Source of the DNA: Nemertoderma westbladi
Taxonomy: Eukaryota > Animalia > Xenacoelomorpha
Assembly: GCA_032718475.1 (NCBI GenBank)
Contig: JAUCBJ010006746.1
Span: 19,682-83,681 of the forward strand
Length of the DNA: 64,000 nucleotides
Direction: 5' to 3'
The notes beneath the pieces are model-generated. The model saw only the letters and a list, made by a program, of their open reading frames with translations, was not told the origin of the DNA and searched no databases. The position numbers and the translations under genes were made by a program. This document shows positions 38,301-53,300 of the stretch, piece by piece (the first letter of the stretch is position 1; every line of letters starts with the position of its first letter).

Positions 38301-41300
38301 GCATCCTATTGTTACTTACTTAGCATCCCTAACAACGCTCTATGTAGCATCTTATTGTTACTTACTTAGCCTCCCTAACAACGCTCCATGTAGCATCCTA
38401 TTGTTACTTACTTAGCCTCCCTAACAACGCTCTATGTAGCATCCTATTGTTACTTACTTAGCCTCCCTAACAACGCTCCATGTAGCATCCTATTGTTACT
38501 TACTTAGCCTCCCTAACAACGCTCTATGTAGCATCCTATTGTTACTTACTTAGCCTCCCTAACAACGCTCCATGTAGCATCCTATTGTTACTTACTTAGC
38601 CTCCCTAACAACGCTCCTGTAGCATCCTATTGTTACTTACTTAGCCTCCCTAACAACGCTCCATGTAGCATCCTATTGTTACTTACTTAGCCTCCCTAAC
38701 AACGCTCCATGTAGCATCCTATTGTTACTTACTTAGCCTCCCTAACAACGCTCCATGTAGCATCCTATTGTTACTTACTTAGCCTCCCTAACAACGCTCT
38801 ATGTAGCATCCTATTGTTACTTACTTAGCCTCCCTAACAACGCTCCATGTAGCATCCTATTGTTACTTACTTAGCCTCCCTAACAACGCTCCATGTAGCA
38901 TCCCATTGTTACTTACTTAGCCTCCCTAACAACGCTCCATGTAGCATCCTATTGTTACTTACTTAGCCTCCCTAACAACGCTCACTGTAGCATCCTATTG
39001 TTACTTACTTAGCCTCCCTAACAACGCTCCATGTAACATCCTATTGTTACTTACTTAGCCTCCCTAACAACGCTCCATGTAGCAGCCTATTGTTACTTAC
39101 TTAGCCTCCCTAACAACGCTCTCTTTATCATCCTATTGTTACTTACTTAGCCTCCCTAACAACGCTCTCTGTATCATCCTATTGTTACTTACTTAGCCTC
39201 CCTCACAACGCTCTCTGTAACATCCTATTGTTACTTACTTAGCCTCCCTAACAACGCTCTCTGTAGCATCCTATTGTTACTTACTTAGCCTCCCTAACAA
39301 CGCTCCATGTAGCATCCTATTGTTACTTACTTAGCCTCCCTAACAACGCTCTCTGTAGCATCCTATTGTTACTTACTTAGCCTCCCTAACAACGCTCCAT
39401 GTAGCATCCTATTGTTACTTACTTAGCCTCCCTCACAACGCTCTCTGTAACATCCTATTGTTACTTACTTAGCCTCCCTAACAACGCTCTCTGTAGCATC
39501 CTATTGTTACTTACTTAGCCTCCCTAACAACGCTCCATGTAGCATCCTATTGTTACTTACTTAGCCTCCCTCACAACGCTCTCTGTAACATCCTATTGTT
39601 ACTTACTTAGCCTCCCTAACAACGCTCTCTGTAGCATCCTATTGTTACTTACTTAGCCTCCCTAACAACGCTCCATGTAGCATCCTATTGTTACTTACTT
39701 AGCCTCCCTAACAACGCTCCATGTAGCATCCTATTGTTACTTACTTAGCATCCCTAACAACGCTCTATGTAGCATCTTATTGTTACTTACTTAGCCTCCC
39801 TAACAACGCTCCATGTAGCATCCTATTGTTACTTACTTAGCATCCCTAACAACGCTCTATGTAGCATCTTATTGTTACTTACTTAGCCTCCCTAACAACG
39901 CTCCATGTAGCATCCTATTGTTACTTACTTAGCCTCCCTAACAACGCTCTATGTAGCATCCTATTGTTACTTACTTAGCCTCCCTAACAACGCTCCATGT
40001 AGCATCCTATTGTTACTTACTTAGCATCCCTAACAACGCTCTATGTAGCATCCTATTGTTACTTACTTAGCATCCCTAACAACGCTCTATGTAGCATCTT
40101 ATTGTTACTTACTTAGCCTCCCTAACAACGCTCCATGTAGCATCCTATTGTTACTTACTTAGCCTCCCTAACAACGCTCCATGTAGCATCCTATTGTCAC
40201 TTACTTAGCCTCCCTAACAACGCTCTCTGTAGCATCCTATTGTTACTTACTTAGCCTCCCTAACAACGCTCCATGTAGCATCCTATTGTTACTTACTTAG
40301 CCTCCCTAACAACGCTCTATGTAGCATCTTATTGTTACTTACTTAGCCTCCCTAACAACGCTCCATGTAGCATCCTATTGTTACTTACTTAGCCTCCCTA
40401 ACAACGCTCCATGTAGCATCCTATTGTTACTTACTTAGCCTCCCTAACAACGCTCTATGTAGCATCCTATTGTTACTTACTTAGCCTCCCTAACAACGCT
40501 CCATGTAGCATCTTATTGTTACTTACTTAGCCTCCCTAACAACGCTCCATGTAGCATCCTATTGTTACTTACTTAGCCTCCCTAACAACGCTCCATGTAG
40601 CATCCTATTGTTACTTACTTAGCCTCCCTAACAACGCTCCATGTAGCATCCTATTGTTACTTACTTAACCTCCCTAACAACGCTCCATGTAGCATCCTAT
40701 TGTTACTTACTTAGCCTCCCTAACAACGCTCTCTGTAGCATCCTATTGTTACTTACTTAGCCTCCCTAACAACGCTCTCATGTAGCATCCTATTGTTATT
40801 TACTTAGCCTCCCTAACAACGCTCCATGTAGCATCCCATTGTTACTTACTTAACCTCCCTAACAACGCTCTCTGTAGCATCCTATTGTTACTTACTTAGC
40901 CTCCCTAACAACGCTCTATGTAGCATCCTATTGTTACTTACTTAGCCTCCCTAACAACGCTCCATGTAGCATCCTATTGTTACTTACTTAGCATCCCTAA
41001 CAACGCTCCATGTAGCATCCTATTGTTACTTACTTAGCCTCCCTAACAACGCTCCATGTAGCATCCTATTGTTACTTACTTAGCCTCCCTAACAACGCTC
41101 CATGTAGCATCCTATTGTTACTTACTTAGCCTCCCTAACAACGCTCTCTGTAGCATCCTATTGTTACTTACTTAGCCTCCCTAACAACGCTCTCTGTAGC
41201 ATCCTATTGTTATTTACTTAGCCTCCCTAACAACGCTCCATGTAGCATCCTATTGTTACTTACTTAGCCTCCCTAACAACGCTCTCTGTAGCATCCTATT

Positions 41301-44300
41301 GTTACTTACTTAGCCTCCCTAACAACGCTCTCTGTATCATCCTATTGTTACTTACTTAGCCTCCCTAACAACGCTCCATGTAGCATCCTATTGTCACTTA
41401 CTTAGCCTCCCTAACAACGCTCTCTGTATCATCCTATTGTCACTTACTTAGCCTCCCTAACAACGCTCTCTGTATCATCCTATTGTTACTTACTTAGCCT
41501 CCCTAACAACGCTCTCTGTAGCATCCTATTGTTACTTACTTAGCCTCCCTAACAACGCTCCATGTAGCATCCTATTGTTACTTACTTAGCCTCCCTAACA
41601 ACGCTCTCTGTAGCATCCTATTGTTACTTACTTAGCCTCCCTAACAACGCTCTCTGTAGCATCCTATTGTTACTTACTTAGCCTCCCTAACAACGCTCTC
41701 ATGTAGCATCCTATTGTTACTTACTTAGCCTCCCTAACAACGCTCCATGTAGCATCCTATTGTTACTTACTTAGCCTCCCTAACAACGCTCTATGTAGCA
41801 TCCTATTGTTACTTACTTAGCCTCCCTAACAACGCTCCATGTAGCATCCTATTGTTACTTACTTAGCCTCCCTAACAACGCTCTATGTAGCATCCTATTG
41901 TTACTTACTTAGCCTCCCTAACAACGCTCCATGTAGCATCCTATTGTTACTTACTTAGCCTCCCTAACAACGCTCCATGTAGCATCCTATTGTTACTTAC
42001 TTAGCCTCCCTAACAACGCTCTCTGTAGCATCCTATTGTTACTTACTTAGCCTCCCTAACAACGCTCCATGTAGCATCCTATTGTTACTTACTTAGCCTC
42101 CCTAACAACGCTCTCTGTAGCATCCTATTGTTACTTACTTAGCCTCCCTAACAACGCTCCATGTAGCATCCTATTGTTACTTACTTAGCCTCCCTAACAA
42201 CGCTCTCTGTAGCATCCTATTGTTACTTACTTAGCCTCCCTAACAACGCTCCATGTAGCATCCTATTGTTACTTACTTAGCCTCCCTAACAACGCTCCAT
42301 GTAGCATCCTATTGTTACTTACTTAGCCTCCCTAACAACGCTCTCTGTATCATCCTATTGTTACTTACTTAGCCTCCCTAACAACGCTCTCTGTAGCATC
42401 CTATTGTTACTTACTTAGCCTCCCTAACAACGCTCCTGTAGCATCCTATTGTTACTTACTTAGCCTCCCTAACAACGCTCCATGTAGCATCCTATTGTTA
42501 CTTACTTAGCCTCCCTAACAACGCTCTCTGTAGCATCCTATTGTTACTTACTTAGCCTCCCTAACAACGCTCCATGTAGCATCCTATTGTTACTTACTTA
42601 GCCTCCCTAACAACGCTCTCTGTAGCATCCTATTGTTACTTACTTAGCCTCCCTAACAACGCTCCATGTAGCATCCTATTGTTACTTACTTAGCCTCCCT
42701 AACAACGCTCCATGTAGCATCCTATTGTTACTTACTTAGCCTCCCTAACAACGCTCTCTGTAGCATCCTATTGTTACTTACTTAGCCTCCCTAACAACGC
42801 TCCATGTAGCATCCTATTGTTACTTACTTAGCCTCCCTAACAACGCTCTATGTAGCATCCTATTGTTACTTACTTAGCCTCCCTAACAACGCTCCATGTA
42901 GCATCCTATTGTTACTTACTTAGCCTCCCTAACAACGCTCTATGTAGCATCCTATTGTTACTTACTTAGCCTCCCTAACAACGCTCCATGTAGCATCCTA
43001 TTGTTACTTACTTAGCCTCCCTAACAACGCTCCATGTAGCATCCTATTGTTACTTACTTAGCCTCCCTAACAACGCTCCATGTAGCATCCTATTGTTACT
43101 TACTTAGCCTCCCTAACAACGCTCCATGTAGCATCCTATTGTTACTTACTTAGCCTCCCTAACAACGCTCTCTGTAGCATCCTATTGTTACTTACTTAGC
43201 CTCCCTAACAACGCTCCATGTAGCATCCTATTGTTACTTACTTAGCCTCCCTAACAACGCTCCATGTAGCATCCTATTGTTACTTACTTAGCCTCCCTAA
43301 CAACGCTCCATGTAGCATCCTATTGTTACTTACTTAGCCTCCCTAACAACGCTCTATGTAGCATCCAATTGTTACTTACTTAGCCTCCCTAACAACGCTC
43401 CATGTAGCATCCTATTGTTACTTACTTAGCCTCCCTAACAACGCTCTATGTAGCATCCTATTGTTACTTACTTAGCCTCCCTAACAACGCTCCATGTAGC
43501 ATCCTATTGTTACTTACTTAGCATCCCTAACAACGCTCTATGTAGCATCTTATTGTTACTTACTTAGCCTCCCTAACAACGCTCCATGTAGCATCCTATT
43601 GTTACTTACTTAGCCTCCCTAACAACGCTCCATGTAGCATCCTATTGTTACTTATTTAGCCTCCCTAACAACGCTCCATGTATCATCCTATTGTTACTTA
43701 CTTAGCCTCCCTAACAACGCTCCATGTAGCATCCTATTGTTACTTACTTAACCTCCCTAACAACGCTCCATGTAGCATCCTATTGTTACTTACTTAGCAT
43801 CCCTAACAACGCTCTATGTAGCATCTTATTGTTACTTACTTAGCCTCCCTAACAACGCTCCATGTAGCATCCTATTGTTACTTACTTAGCATCCCTAACA
43901 ACGCTCTATGTAGCATCTTATTGTTACTTACTTAGCCTCCCTAACAACACCCCATGTAGCATCCTATTGTTATTTACTTAGCCTCCCTAACAACGCTCCA
44001 TGTAGCATCCCATTGTTACATACTTAGCCTCCCTAACAACGCTCTATGTAGCATCCTATTGTTACTTACTTAGCCTCCCTAACAACGCTCTCTGTATCAT
44101 CTTATTGTTACTTACTTAGCCTCCCTAACAACGCTCCATGTAGCATCCTATTGTCACTTACTTAGCCTCCCTAACAACGCTCTCTGTATCATCCTATTGT
44201 CACTTACTTAGCCTCCCTAACAACGCTCTCTGTATCATCCTATTGTTACTTACTTAGCCTCCCTAACAACGCTCTCTGTATCATCCTATTGTCACTTACT

Positions 44301-47300
44301 TAGCCTCCCTAACAACGCTCTCTGTAGCATCCTATTGTTACTTACTTAGCCTCCCTAACAACGCTCTCTGTAGCATCCTATTGTTATTTACTTAGCCTCC
44401 CTAACAACGCTCCCTGTAGCATCCTATTGTTACTTACTTAGCCTCCCTAACAACGCTCCATGTAGCATCCAATTGTTACGTACTTAGCCTCCCTAACAAC
44501 GCTCTCTGTATCATCTTATTGTTACTTACTTAGCCTCCCTAACAACGCTCCATGTAGCATCCTATTGTCACTTACTTAGCCTCCCTAACAACGCTCTCTG
44601 TATCATCCTATTGTCACTTACTTAGCCTCCCTAACAACGCTCTCTGTATCATCCTATTGTTACTTACTTAGCCTCCCTAACAACGCTCTCTGTATCATCC
44701 TATTGTCACTTACTTAGCCTCCCTAACAACGCTCCATGTAGCATCCTATTGTTACTTACTTAGCCTCCCTAACAACGCTCTCTGTATCATCCTATTGTCA
44801 CTTACTTAGCCTCCCTAACAACGCTTTCTGTAACATCCTATTGTTACTTACTTAGCCTCCCTAACAACGCTCTCTGTATCATCCTATTGTTACTTATTTA
44901 GCCTCCCTAACAACGCTCTCTTTATCATCCTATTGTTACTTACTTAGCCTCCCTAACAACGCTCTCTGTATCATGCTATTGTTACTTACTTAGCCTCCCT
45001 CACAACGCTCTCTGTAACATCCTATTGTTACTTACTTAGCCTCCCTAACAACGCTCTCTGTATCATCCTATTGTTACTTATTTAGCCTCCCTAACAACGC
45101 TCTCTTTATCATCCTATTGTCACTTACTTAGCCTCCCTAACAACGCTCCATGTAGCATCCTATTGTTACTTACTTAGCCTCCCTAACAACGCTCCATGTA
45201 GCATCCTATTGTTACTTACTTAGCCTCCCTAACAACGCTCTCTGTATCATCCTATTGTCACTTACTTAGCCTCCCTAACAACGCTTTCTGTAACATCCTA
45301 TTGTTACTTACTTAGCCTCCCTAACAACGCTCTCTGTATCATCCTATTGTTACTTACTTAGCCTCCCTAACAACGCTCTCTTTATCATCCTATTGTCACT
45401 TACTTAGCCTCCCTAACAACGCTCCATGTAGCATCCTATTGTTACTTACTTAGCCTCCCTAACAACGCTCCATGTAGCATCCTATTGTTACTTACTTAGC
45501 CTCCCTAACAACGCTCTCTGTATCATCCTATTGTCACTTACTTAGCCTCCCTAACAACGCTTTCTGTAACATCCTATTGTTACTTACTCAGCCTCCCTAA
45601 CAACGCTCTCTGTATCATCCTATTGTTACTTACTTAGCCTCCCTAACAACGCTCTCTGTATCATCCTATTGTCACTTACTTAGCCTCCCTAACAACGCTC
45701 CATGTAGCATCCTATTGTTACTTACTTAGCCTCCCTAACAACGCTCTCTGTATCATCCTATTGTCACTTACTTAGCCTCCCTAACAACGCTTTCTGTAAC
45801 ATCCTATTGTTACTTACTTAGCCTCCCTAACAACGCTCTCTGTATCATCCTATTGTTACTTATTTAGCCTCCCTAACAACGCTCTCTTTATCATCCTATT
45901 GTTACTTACTTAGCCTCCCTAACAACGCTCTCTGTATCATGCTATTGTTACTTACTTAGCCTCCCTCTCAACGCTCTCTGTAACATCCTATTGTTACTTA
46001 CTTAGCCTCCCTAACAACGCTCTCTGTAACATCCTATTGTTACTTACTTAGCCTCCCTAACAACGCTCCATGTAGCATCCTATTGTTACTTACTTAGCCT
46101 CCCTAACAACGCTCTCTGTAGCATCCTATTGTAACTTACTTAGCCTCCCTAACAACGCTCCATGTAGCATCCTATTGTTACTTACTTAGCCTCCCTAACA
46201 ACGCTCTCTGTATCATCCTATTGTTACTTATTTAGCCTCCCTAACAACGCTCTCTTTATCATCCTATTGTTACTTACTTAGCCTCCCTAACAACGCTCTC
46301 TGTATCATGCTATTGTTACTTACTTAGCCTCCCTAACAACGCTCCATGTAGCATCCTATTGTTACTTACTTAGCCTCCCTAACAACGCTCCATGTAGCAT
46401 CCTATTGTTACTTACTTAGCCTCCCTAACAACGCTCCCTGTAGCATCCTATTGTTACTTACTTAGCCTCCCTAACAACGCTCCATGTAGCATCCTATTGT
46501 TACTTACTTAGCCTCCCTAACAACGCTCCCTGTAGCATCCTATTGTTACTTACTTAGCCTCCCTAACAACGCTCCCTGTAGCATCCTATTGTTACTTACT
46601 TAGCCTCCCTAACAACGCTCTCTGTAGCATCCTATTGTTACTTACTTAGCCTCCCTAACAACGCTCTCTGTATCATCCTATTGTCACTTACTTAGCCTCC
46701 CTAACAACGCTCCCTGTAGCATCCTATTGTTACTTACTTAGCCTCCCTAACAACGCTCCCTGTAGCATCCTATTGTTACTTACTTAGCCTCCCTAACAAC
46801 GCTCCCTGTAGCATCCTATTGTTACTTACTTAGCCTCCCTAACAACGCTCTCTGTAGCATCCTATTGTTACTTACTTAGCCTCCCTAACAACGCTCCCTG
46901 TAGCATCCTATTGTTACTTACTTAGCCTCCCTAACAACGCTCCCTGTAGCATCCTATTGTTACTTACTTAGCCTCCCTAACAACGCTCCCTGTAGCATCC
47001 TATTGTTACTTACTTAGCCTCCCTAACAACGCTCTCTGTAGCATCCTATTGTTACTTACTTAGCCTCCCTAACAACGCTCCCTGTAGCATCCTATTGTTA
47101 CTTACTTAGCCTCCCTAACAACGCTCCCTGTAGCATCCTATTGTTACTTACTTAGCCTCCCTAACAACGCTCCCTGTAGCATCCTATTGTTACTTACTTA
47201 GCCTCCCTAACAACGCTCCATGTAGCATCCTATTGTTACTTACTTAGCCTCCCTAACAACGCTCCCTGTAGCATCCTATTGTTACTTACTTAGCCTCCCT

Positions 47301-50300
47301 AACAACGCTCCCTGTAGCATCCTATTGTTACTTACTTAGCCTCCCTAACAACGCTCTCTGTAGCATCCTATTGTTACTTACTTAGCCTCCCTAACAACGC
47401 TCTCTGTAGCATCCTATTGTCACTTACTTAGCCTCCCTAACAACGCTCCCTGTAGCATCCTATTGTTACTTACTTAGCCTCCCTAACAACGCTCCCTGTA
47501 GCATCCTATTGTTACTTACTTAGCCTCCCTAACAACGCTCCCTGTAGCATCCTATTGTTACTTACTTAGCCTCCCTAACAACGCTCCATGTAGCATCATA
47601 TTGTCACTTACTTAGCCTCCCTAACAACGCTCCATGTAGCATCCTATTGTTACTTACTTAGCCTCCCTAACAACGCTCCATGTAGCATCCTATTGTTACT
47701 TACTTAGCCTCCCTAACAACGCTCCCTGTAGCATCCTATTGTTACTTACTTAGCCTCCCTAACAACGCTCCATGTAGCATCCTATTGTTACTTACTTAGC
47801 CTCCCTAACAACGCTCCCTGTAGCATCCTATTGTTACTTACTTAGCCTCCCTAACAACGCTCCCTGTAGCATCCTATTGTTACTTACTTAGCCTCCCTAA
47901 CAACGCTCTCTGTAGCATCCTATTGTTACTTACTTAGCCTCCCTAACAACGCTCTCTGTATCATCCTATTGTCACTTACTTAGCCTCCCTAACAACGCTC
48001 CCTGTAGCATCCTATTGTTACTTACTTAGCCTCCCTAACAACGCTCCCTGTAGCATCCTATTGTTACTTACTTAGCCTCCCTAACAACGCTCCCTGTAGC
48101 ATCCTATTGTTACTTACTTAGCCTCCCTAACAACGCTCTCTGTAGCATCCTATTGTTACTTACTTAGCCTCCCTAACAACGCTCCCTGTAGCATCCTATT
48201 GTTACTTACTTAGCCTCCCTAACAACGCTCCCTGTAGCATCCTATTGTTACTTACTTAGCCTCCCTAACAACGCTCCCTGTAGCATCCTATTGTTACTTA
48301 CTTAGCCTCCCTAACAACGCTCTCTGTAGCATCCTATTGTTACTTACTTAGCCTCCCTAACAACGCTCCCTGTAGCATCCTATTGTTACTTACTTAGCCT
48401 CCCTAACAACGCTCCCTGTAGCATCCTATTGTTACTTACTTAGCCTCCCTAACAACGCTCCCTGTAGCATCCTATTGTTACTTACTTAGCCTCCCTAACA
48501 ACGCTCCATGTAGCATCCTATTGTTACTTACTTAGCCTCCCTAACAACGCTCCCTGTAGCATCCTATTGTTACTTACTTAGCCTCCCTAACAACGCTCCC
48601 TGTAGCATCCTATTGTTACTTACTTAGCCTCCCTAACAACGCTCTCTGTAGCATCCTATTGTTACTTACTTAGCCTCCCTAACAACGCTCTCTGTATCAT
48701 CCTATTGTCACTTACTTAGCCTCCCTAACAACGCTCCCTGTAGCATCCTATTGTTACTTACTTAGCCTCCCTAACAACGCTCCCTGTAGCATCCTATTGT
48801 TACTTACTTAGCCTCCCTAACAACGCTCCCTGTAGCATCCTATTGTTACTTACTTAGCCTCCCTAACAACGCTCCATGTAGCATCATATTGTCACTTACT
48901 TAGCCTCCCTAACAACGCTCTCTGTAGCATCCTATTGTTAATTACTTAGCCTCCCTAACAACGCTCCCTGTAGCATCCTATTGTTACTTACTTAGCCTCC
49001 CTAACAACGCTCCATGTAGCATCATATTGTCACTTACTTAGCCTCCCTAACAACGCTCTCTGTAGCATCCCATTGTTACTTACTTAGCCTCCCTAACAAC
49101 GCTCCCTGTAGCATCCTATTGTTACTTACTTAGCCTCCCTAACAACGCTCCCTGTAGCATCATATTGTTACTTACTTAGCCTCCCTAACAACGCTCCCTG
49201 TAGCATCCTATTGTTACTTACTTAGCCTCCCTAACAACGCTCCATGTAGCATCATATTGTCACTTACTTAGCCTCCCTAACAACGCTCTCTGTAGCATCC
49301 TATTGTTACTTACTTAGCCTCCCTAACAACGCTCCCTGTAGCATCCTATTGTTACTTACTTAGCCTCCCTAACAACGCTCCATGTAGCATCATATTGTCA
49401 CTTACTTAGCCTCCCTAACAACGCTCTCTGTAGCATCCCATTGTTACTTACTTAGCCTCCCTAACAACGCTCCCTGTAGCATCCTATTGTTACTTACTTA
49501 GCCTCCCTAACAACGCTCTCTGTATCATGCTATTGTTACTTACTTAGCCTCCCTCACAACGCTCTCTGTAACATCCTATTGTTACTTACTTAGCCTCCCT
49601 AACAACGCTCTCTGTATCATCCTATTGTTACTTATTTAGCCTCCCTAACAACGCTCTCTTTATCATCCTATTGTTACTTACTTAGCCTCCCTAACAACGC
49701 TCCCTGTAGCATCCTATTGTTACTTACTTAGCCTCCCTAACAACGCTCTCTGTAGCATCCTATTGTTACTTACTTAGCCTCCCTAACAACGCTCTCTGTA
49801 TCATCCTATTGTCACTTACTTAGCCTCCCTAACAACGCTCCCTGTAGCATCCTATTGTTACTTACTTAGCCTCCCTAACAACGCTCCCTGTAGCATCCTA
49901 TTGTTACTTACTTAGCCTCCCTAACAACGCTCCCTGTAGCATCCTATTGTTACTTACTTAGCCTCCCTAACAACGCTCTCTGTAGCATCCTATTGTTACT
50001 TACTTAGCCTCCCTAACAACGCTCTCTGTATCATCCTATTGTCACTTACTTAGCCTCCCTAACAACGCTTTCTGTAACATCCTATTGTTACTTACTTAGC
50101 CTCCCTAACAACGCTCTCTGTATCATCCTATTGTTACTTATTTAGCCTCCCTAACAACGCTCTCTTTATCATCCTATTGTCACTTACTTAGCCTCCCTAA
50201 CAACGCTTTCTGTAACATCCTATTGTTACTTACTTAGCCTCCCTAACAACGCTCTCTGTATCATCCTATTGTTACTTATTTAGCCTCCCTAACAACGCTC

Positions 50301-53300
50301 TCTTTATCATCCTATTGTTACTTACTTAGCCTCCCTAACAACGCTCTCTGTATCATGCTATTGTTACTTACTTAGCCTCCCTCACAACGCTCTCTGTAAC
50401 ATCCTATTGTTACTTACTTAGCCTCCCTAACAACGCTCTCTGTAGCATCCTATTGTTACTTACTTAGCCTCCCTAACAACGCTCCATGTAGCATCCTATT
50501 GTTACTTTCTTAGCCTCGCTAACAACGCTCTCTGTATCATCCTATTGTTACTTATTTAGCCTCCCTAACAACGCTCTCTTTATCATCCTATTGTTACTTA
50601 CTTAGCCTCCCTAACAACGCTCTCTGTATCATGCTATTGTTACTTACTTAGCCTCCCTAACAACGCTCTCTGTATCATCCTATTGTTACTTATTTAGCCT
50701 CCCTAACAACGCTCTCTTTATCATCCTATTGTTACTTACTTAGCCTCCCTAACAACGCTCTCTGTATCATGCTATTGTTACTTACTTAGCCTCCCTCACA
50801 ACGCTCTCTGTAACATCCTATTGTTACTTACTTAGCCTCCCTAACAACGCTCTCTGTAGCATCCTATTGTTACTTACTTAGCCTCCCTAACAACGCTCCA
50901 TGTAGCATCCTATTGTTACTTTCTTAGCCTCGCTAACAACGCTCTCTGTAACATCCTATTGTTACTTACTTAGCCTCCCTAACAACGCTCTCTGTAGCAT
51001 CCTATTGTTACTTACTTAGCCTCCCTAACAACGCTCCATGTAGCATCCTATTGTTACTTTCTTAGCCTCGCTAACAACGCTCTCTTTATCATCCTATTGT
51101 TACTTACTTAGCCTCCCTAACAACGCTCTCTGTATCATGCTATTGTTACTTACTTAGCCTCCCTCACAACGCTCTCTGTAACATCCTATTGTTACTTACT
51201 TAGCCTCCCTAACAACGCTCTCTGTAGCATCCTATTGTTACTTTCTTAGCCTCCCTAACAACGCTCCATGTAGCATCCTATTGTTACTTACTTAGCCTCC
51301 CTCACAACGCTCTCTGTAACATCCTATTGTTACTTACTTAGCCTCCCTAACAACGCTCTCTGTAGCATCCTATTGTTACTTTCTTAGCCTCCCTAACAAC
51401 GCTCCATGTAGCATCCTATTGTTACTTTCTTAGCCTCGCTAACAACGCTCTCTTTATCATCCTATTGTTACTTACTTAGCCTCCCTAACAACGCTCTCTG
51501 TATCATGCTATTGTTACTTACTTAGCCTCCCTCACAACGCTCTCTGTAACATCCTATTGTTACTTACTTAGCCTCCCTAACAACGCTCTCTGTAGCATCC
51601 TATTGTTACTTTCTTAGCCTCCCTAACAACGCTCCATGTAGCATCCTATTGTTACTTACTAGCCTCCCTAACAACGCTCCATGTAGCATCCTATTGTTAC
51701 TTACTTAGCCTCCCTAACAACGCTCCATGTAGCATCCTATTGTTACTTACTTAACCTCCCTAACAACGCTCCATGTAGCATCCTATTGTTACTTACTTAG
51801 CATCCCTAACAACGCTCTATGTAGCATCCTATTGTTACTTACTTAGCCTCCCTAACAACGCTCCATGTAGCATCCTATTGTTACTTACTTAACCTCCCTA
51901 ACAACGCTCCATGTAGCATCCTATTGTTACTTACTAGCCTCCCTAACAACGCTCCATGTAGCATCCTATTGTTACTTACTTAGCCTCCCTAACAACGCTC
52001 CATGTAGCATCCTATTGTTACTTACTTAACCTCCCTAACAACGCTCCATGTAGCATCCTATTGTTACTTACTTAGCCTCCCTAACAACGCTCCATGTAGC
52101 ATCCTATTGTTACTTTCTTAGCCTCCCTAACAACGCTCCATGTAGCATCCTATTGTTACTTTCTTAGCCTCGCTAACAACGCTCTCTTTATCATCCTATT
52201 GTTACTTACTTAGCCTCCCTAACAACGCTCTCTGTATCATGCTATTGTTACTTACTTAGCCTCCCTCACAACGCTCTCTGTAACATCCTATTGTTACTTA
52301 CTTAGCCTCCCTAACAACGCTCTCTGTAGCATCCTATTGTTACTTTCTTAGCCTCCCTAACAACGCTCCATGTAGCATCCTATTGTTACTTACTAGCCTC
52401 CCTAACAACGCTCCATGTAGCATCCTATTGTTACTTACTTAGCCTCCCTAACAACGCTCCATGTAGCATCCTATTGTTACTTACTTAACCTCCCTAACAA
52501 CGCTCCATGTAGCATCCTATTGTTACTTACTTAGCATCCCTAACAACGCTCCATGTAGCATCTTATTGTTACTTACTTAGCCTCCCTAACAACGCTCTAT
52601 GTAGCATCTTATTGTTACTTACTTAGCCTCCCTAACAACGCTCCATGTAGCATCCTATTGTTACTTACTTACCCTCCCTAACAACGCTCTCTGTAGCATC
52701 CTATTGTTACTTACTAGCCTCCCTAACAACGCTCCATGTAGCATCCTATTGTTACTTACTTAGCCTCCCTAACAACGCTCCATGTAGCATCCTATTGTTA
52801 CTTACTTAACCTCCCTAACAACGCTCCATGTAGCATCCTATTGTTACTTACTTAGCATCCCTAACAACGCTCTCTGTATCATCTTATTGTTACTTACTTA
52901 GCCTCCCTAACAACGCTCCATGTAGCATCCTATTGTCACTTACTTAGCCTCCCTAACGACGCTCTCTGTAGCATCCTATTGTTACTTACTTAGCCTCCCT
53001 AACAACGCTCTCTGTATCATCCTATTGTCACTTACTTAGCCTCCCTAACAACGCTCTCTGTAGCATCCTATTGTTACTTACTTAGCCTCACTAACAACGC
53101 TCTCTGTAGGATCCTATTGTTACTTACTTAGCCTCCCTAACAACGCTCTCTGTATCATGCTATTGTTACTTACTTAGCCTCCCTAACGACGCTCTCTGTA
53201 GCATCCTATTGTTACTTACTTAGCCTCCCTAACAACGCTCTCTGTATCATCCTATTGTCACTTACTTAGCCTCCCTAACAACGCTCTCTGTAGGATCCTA

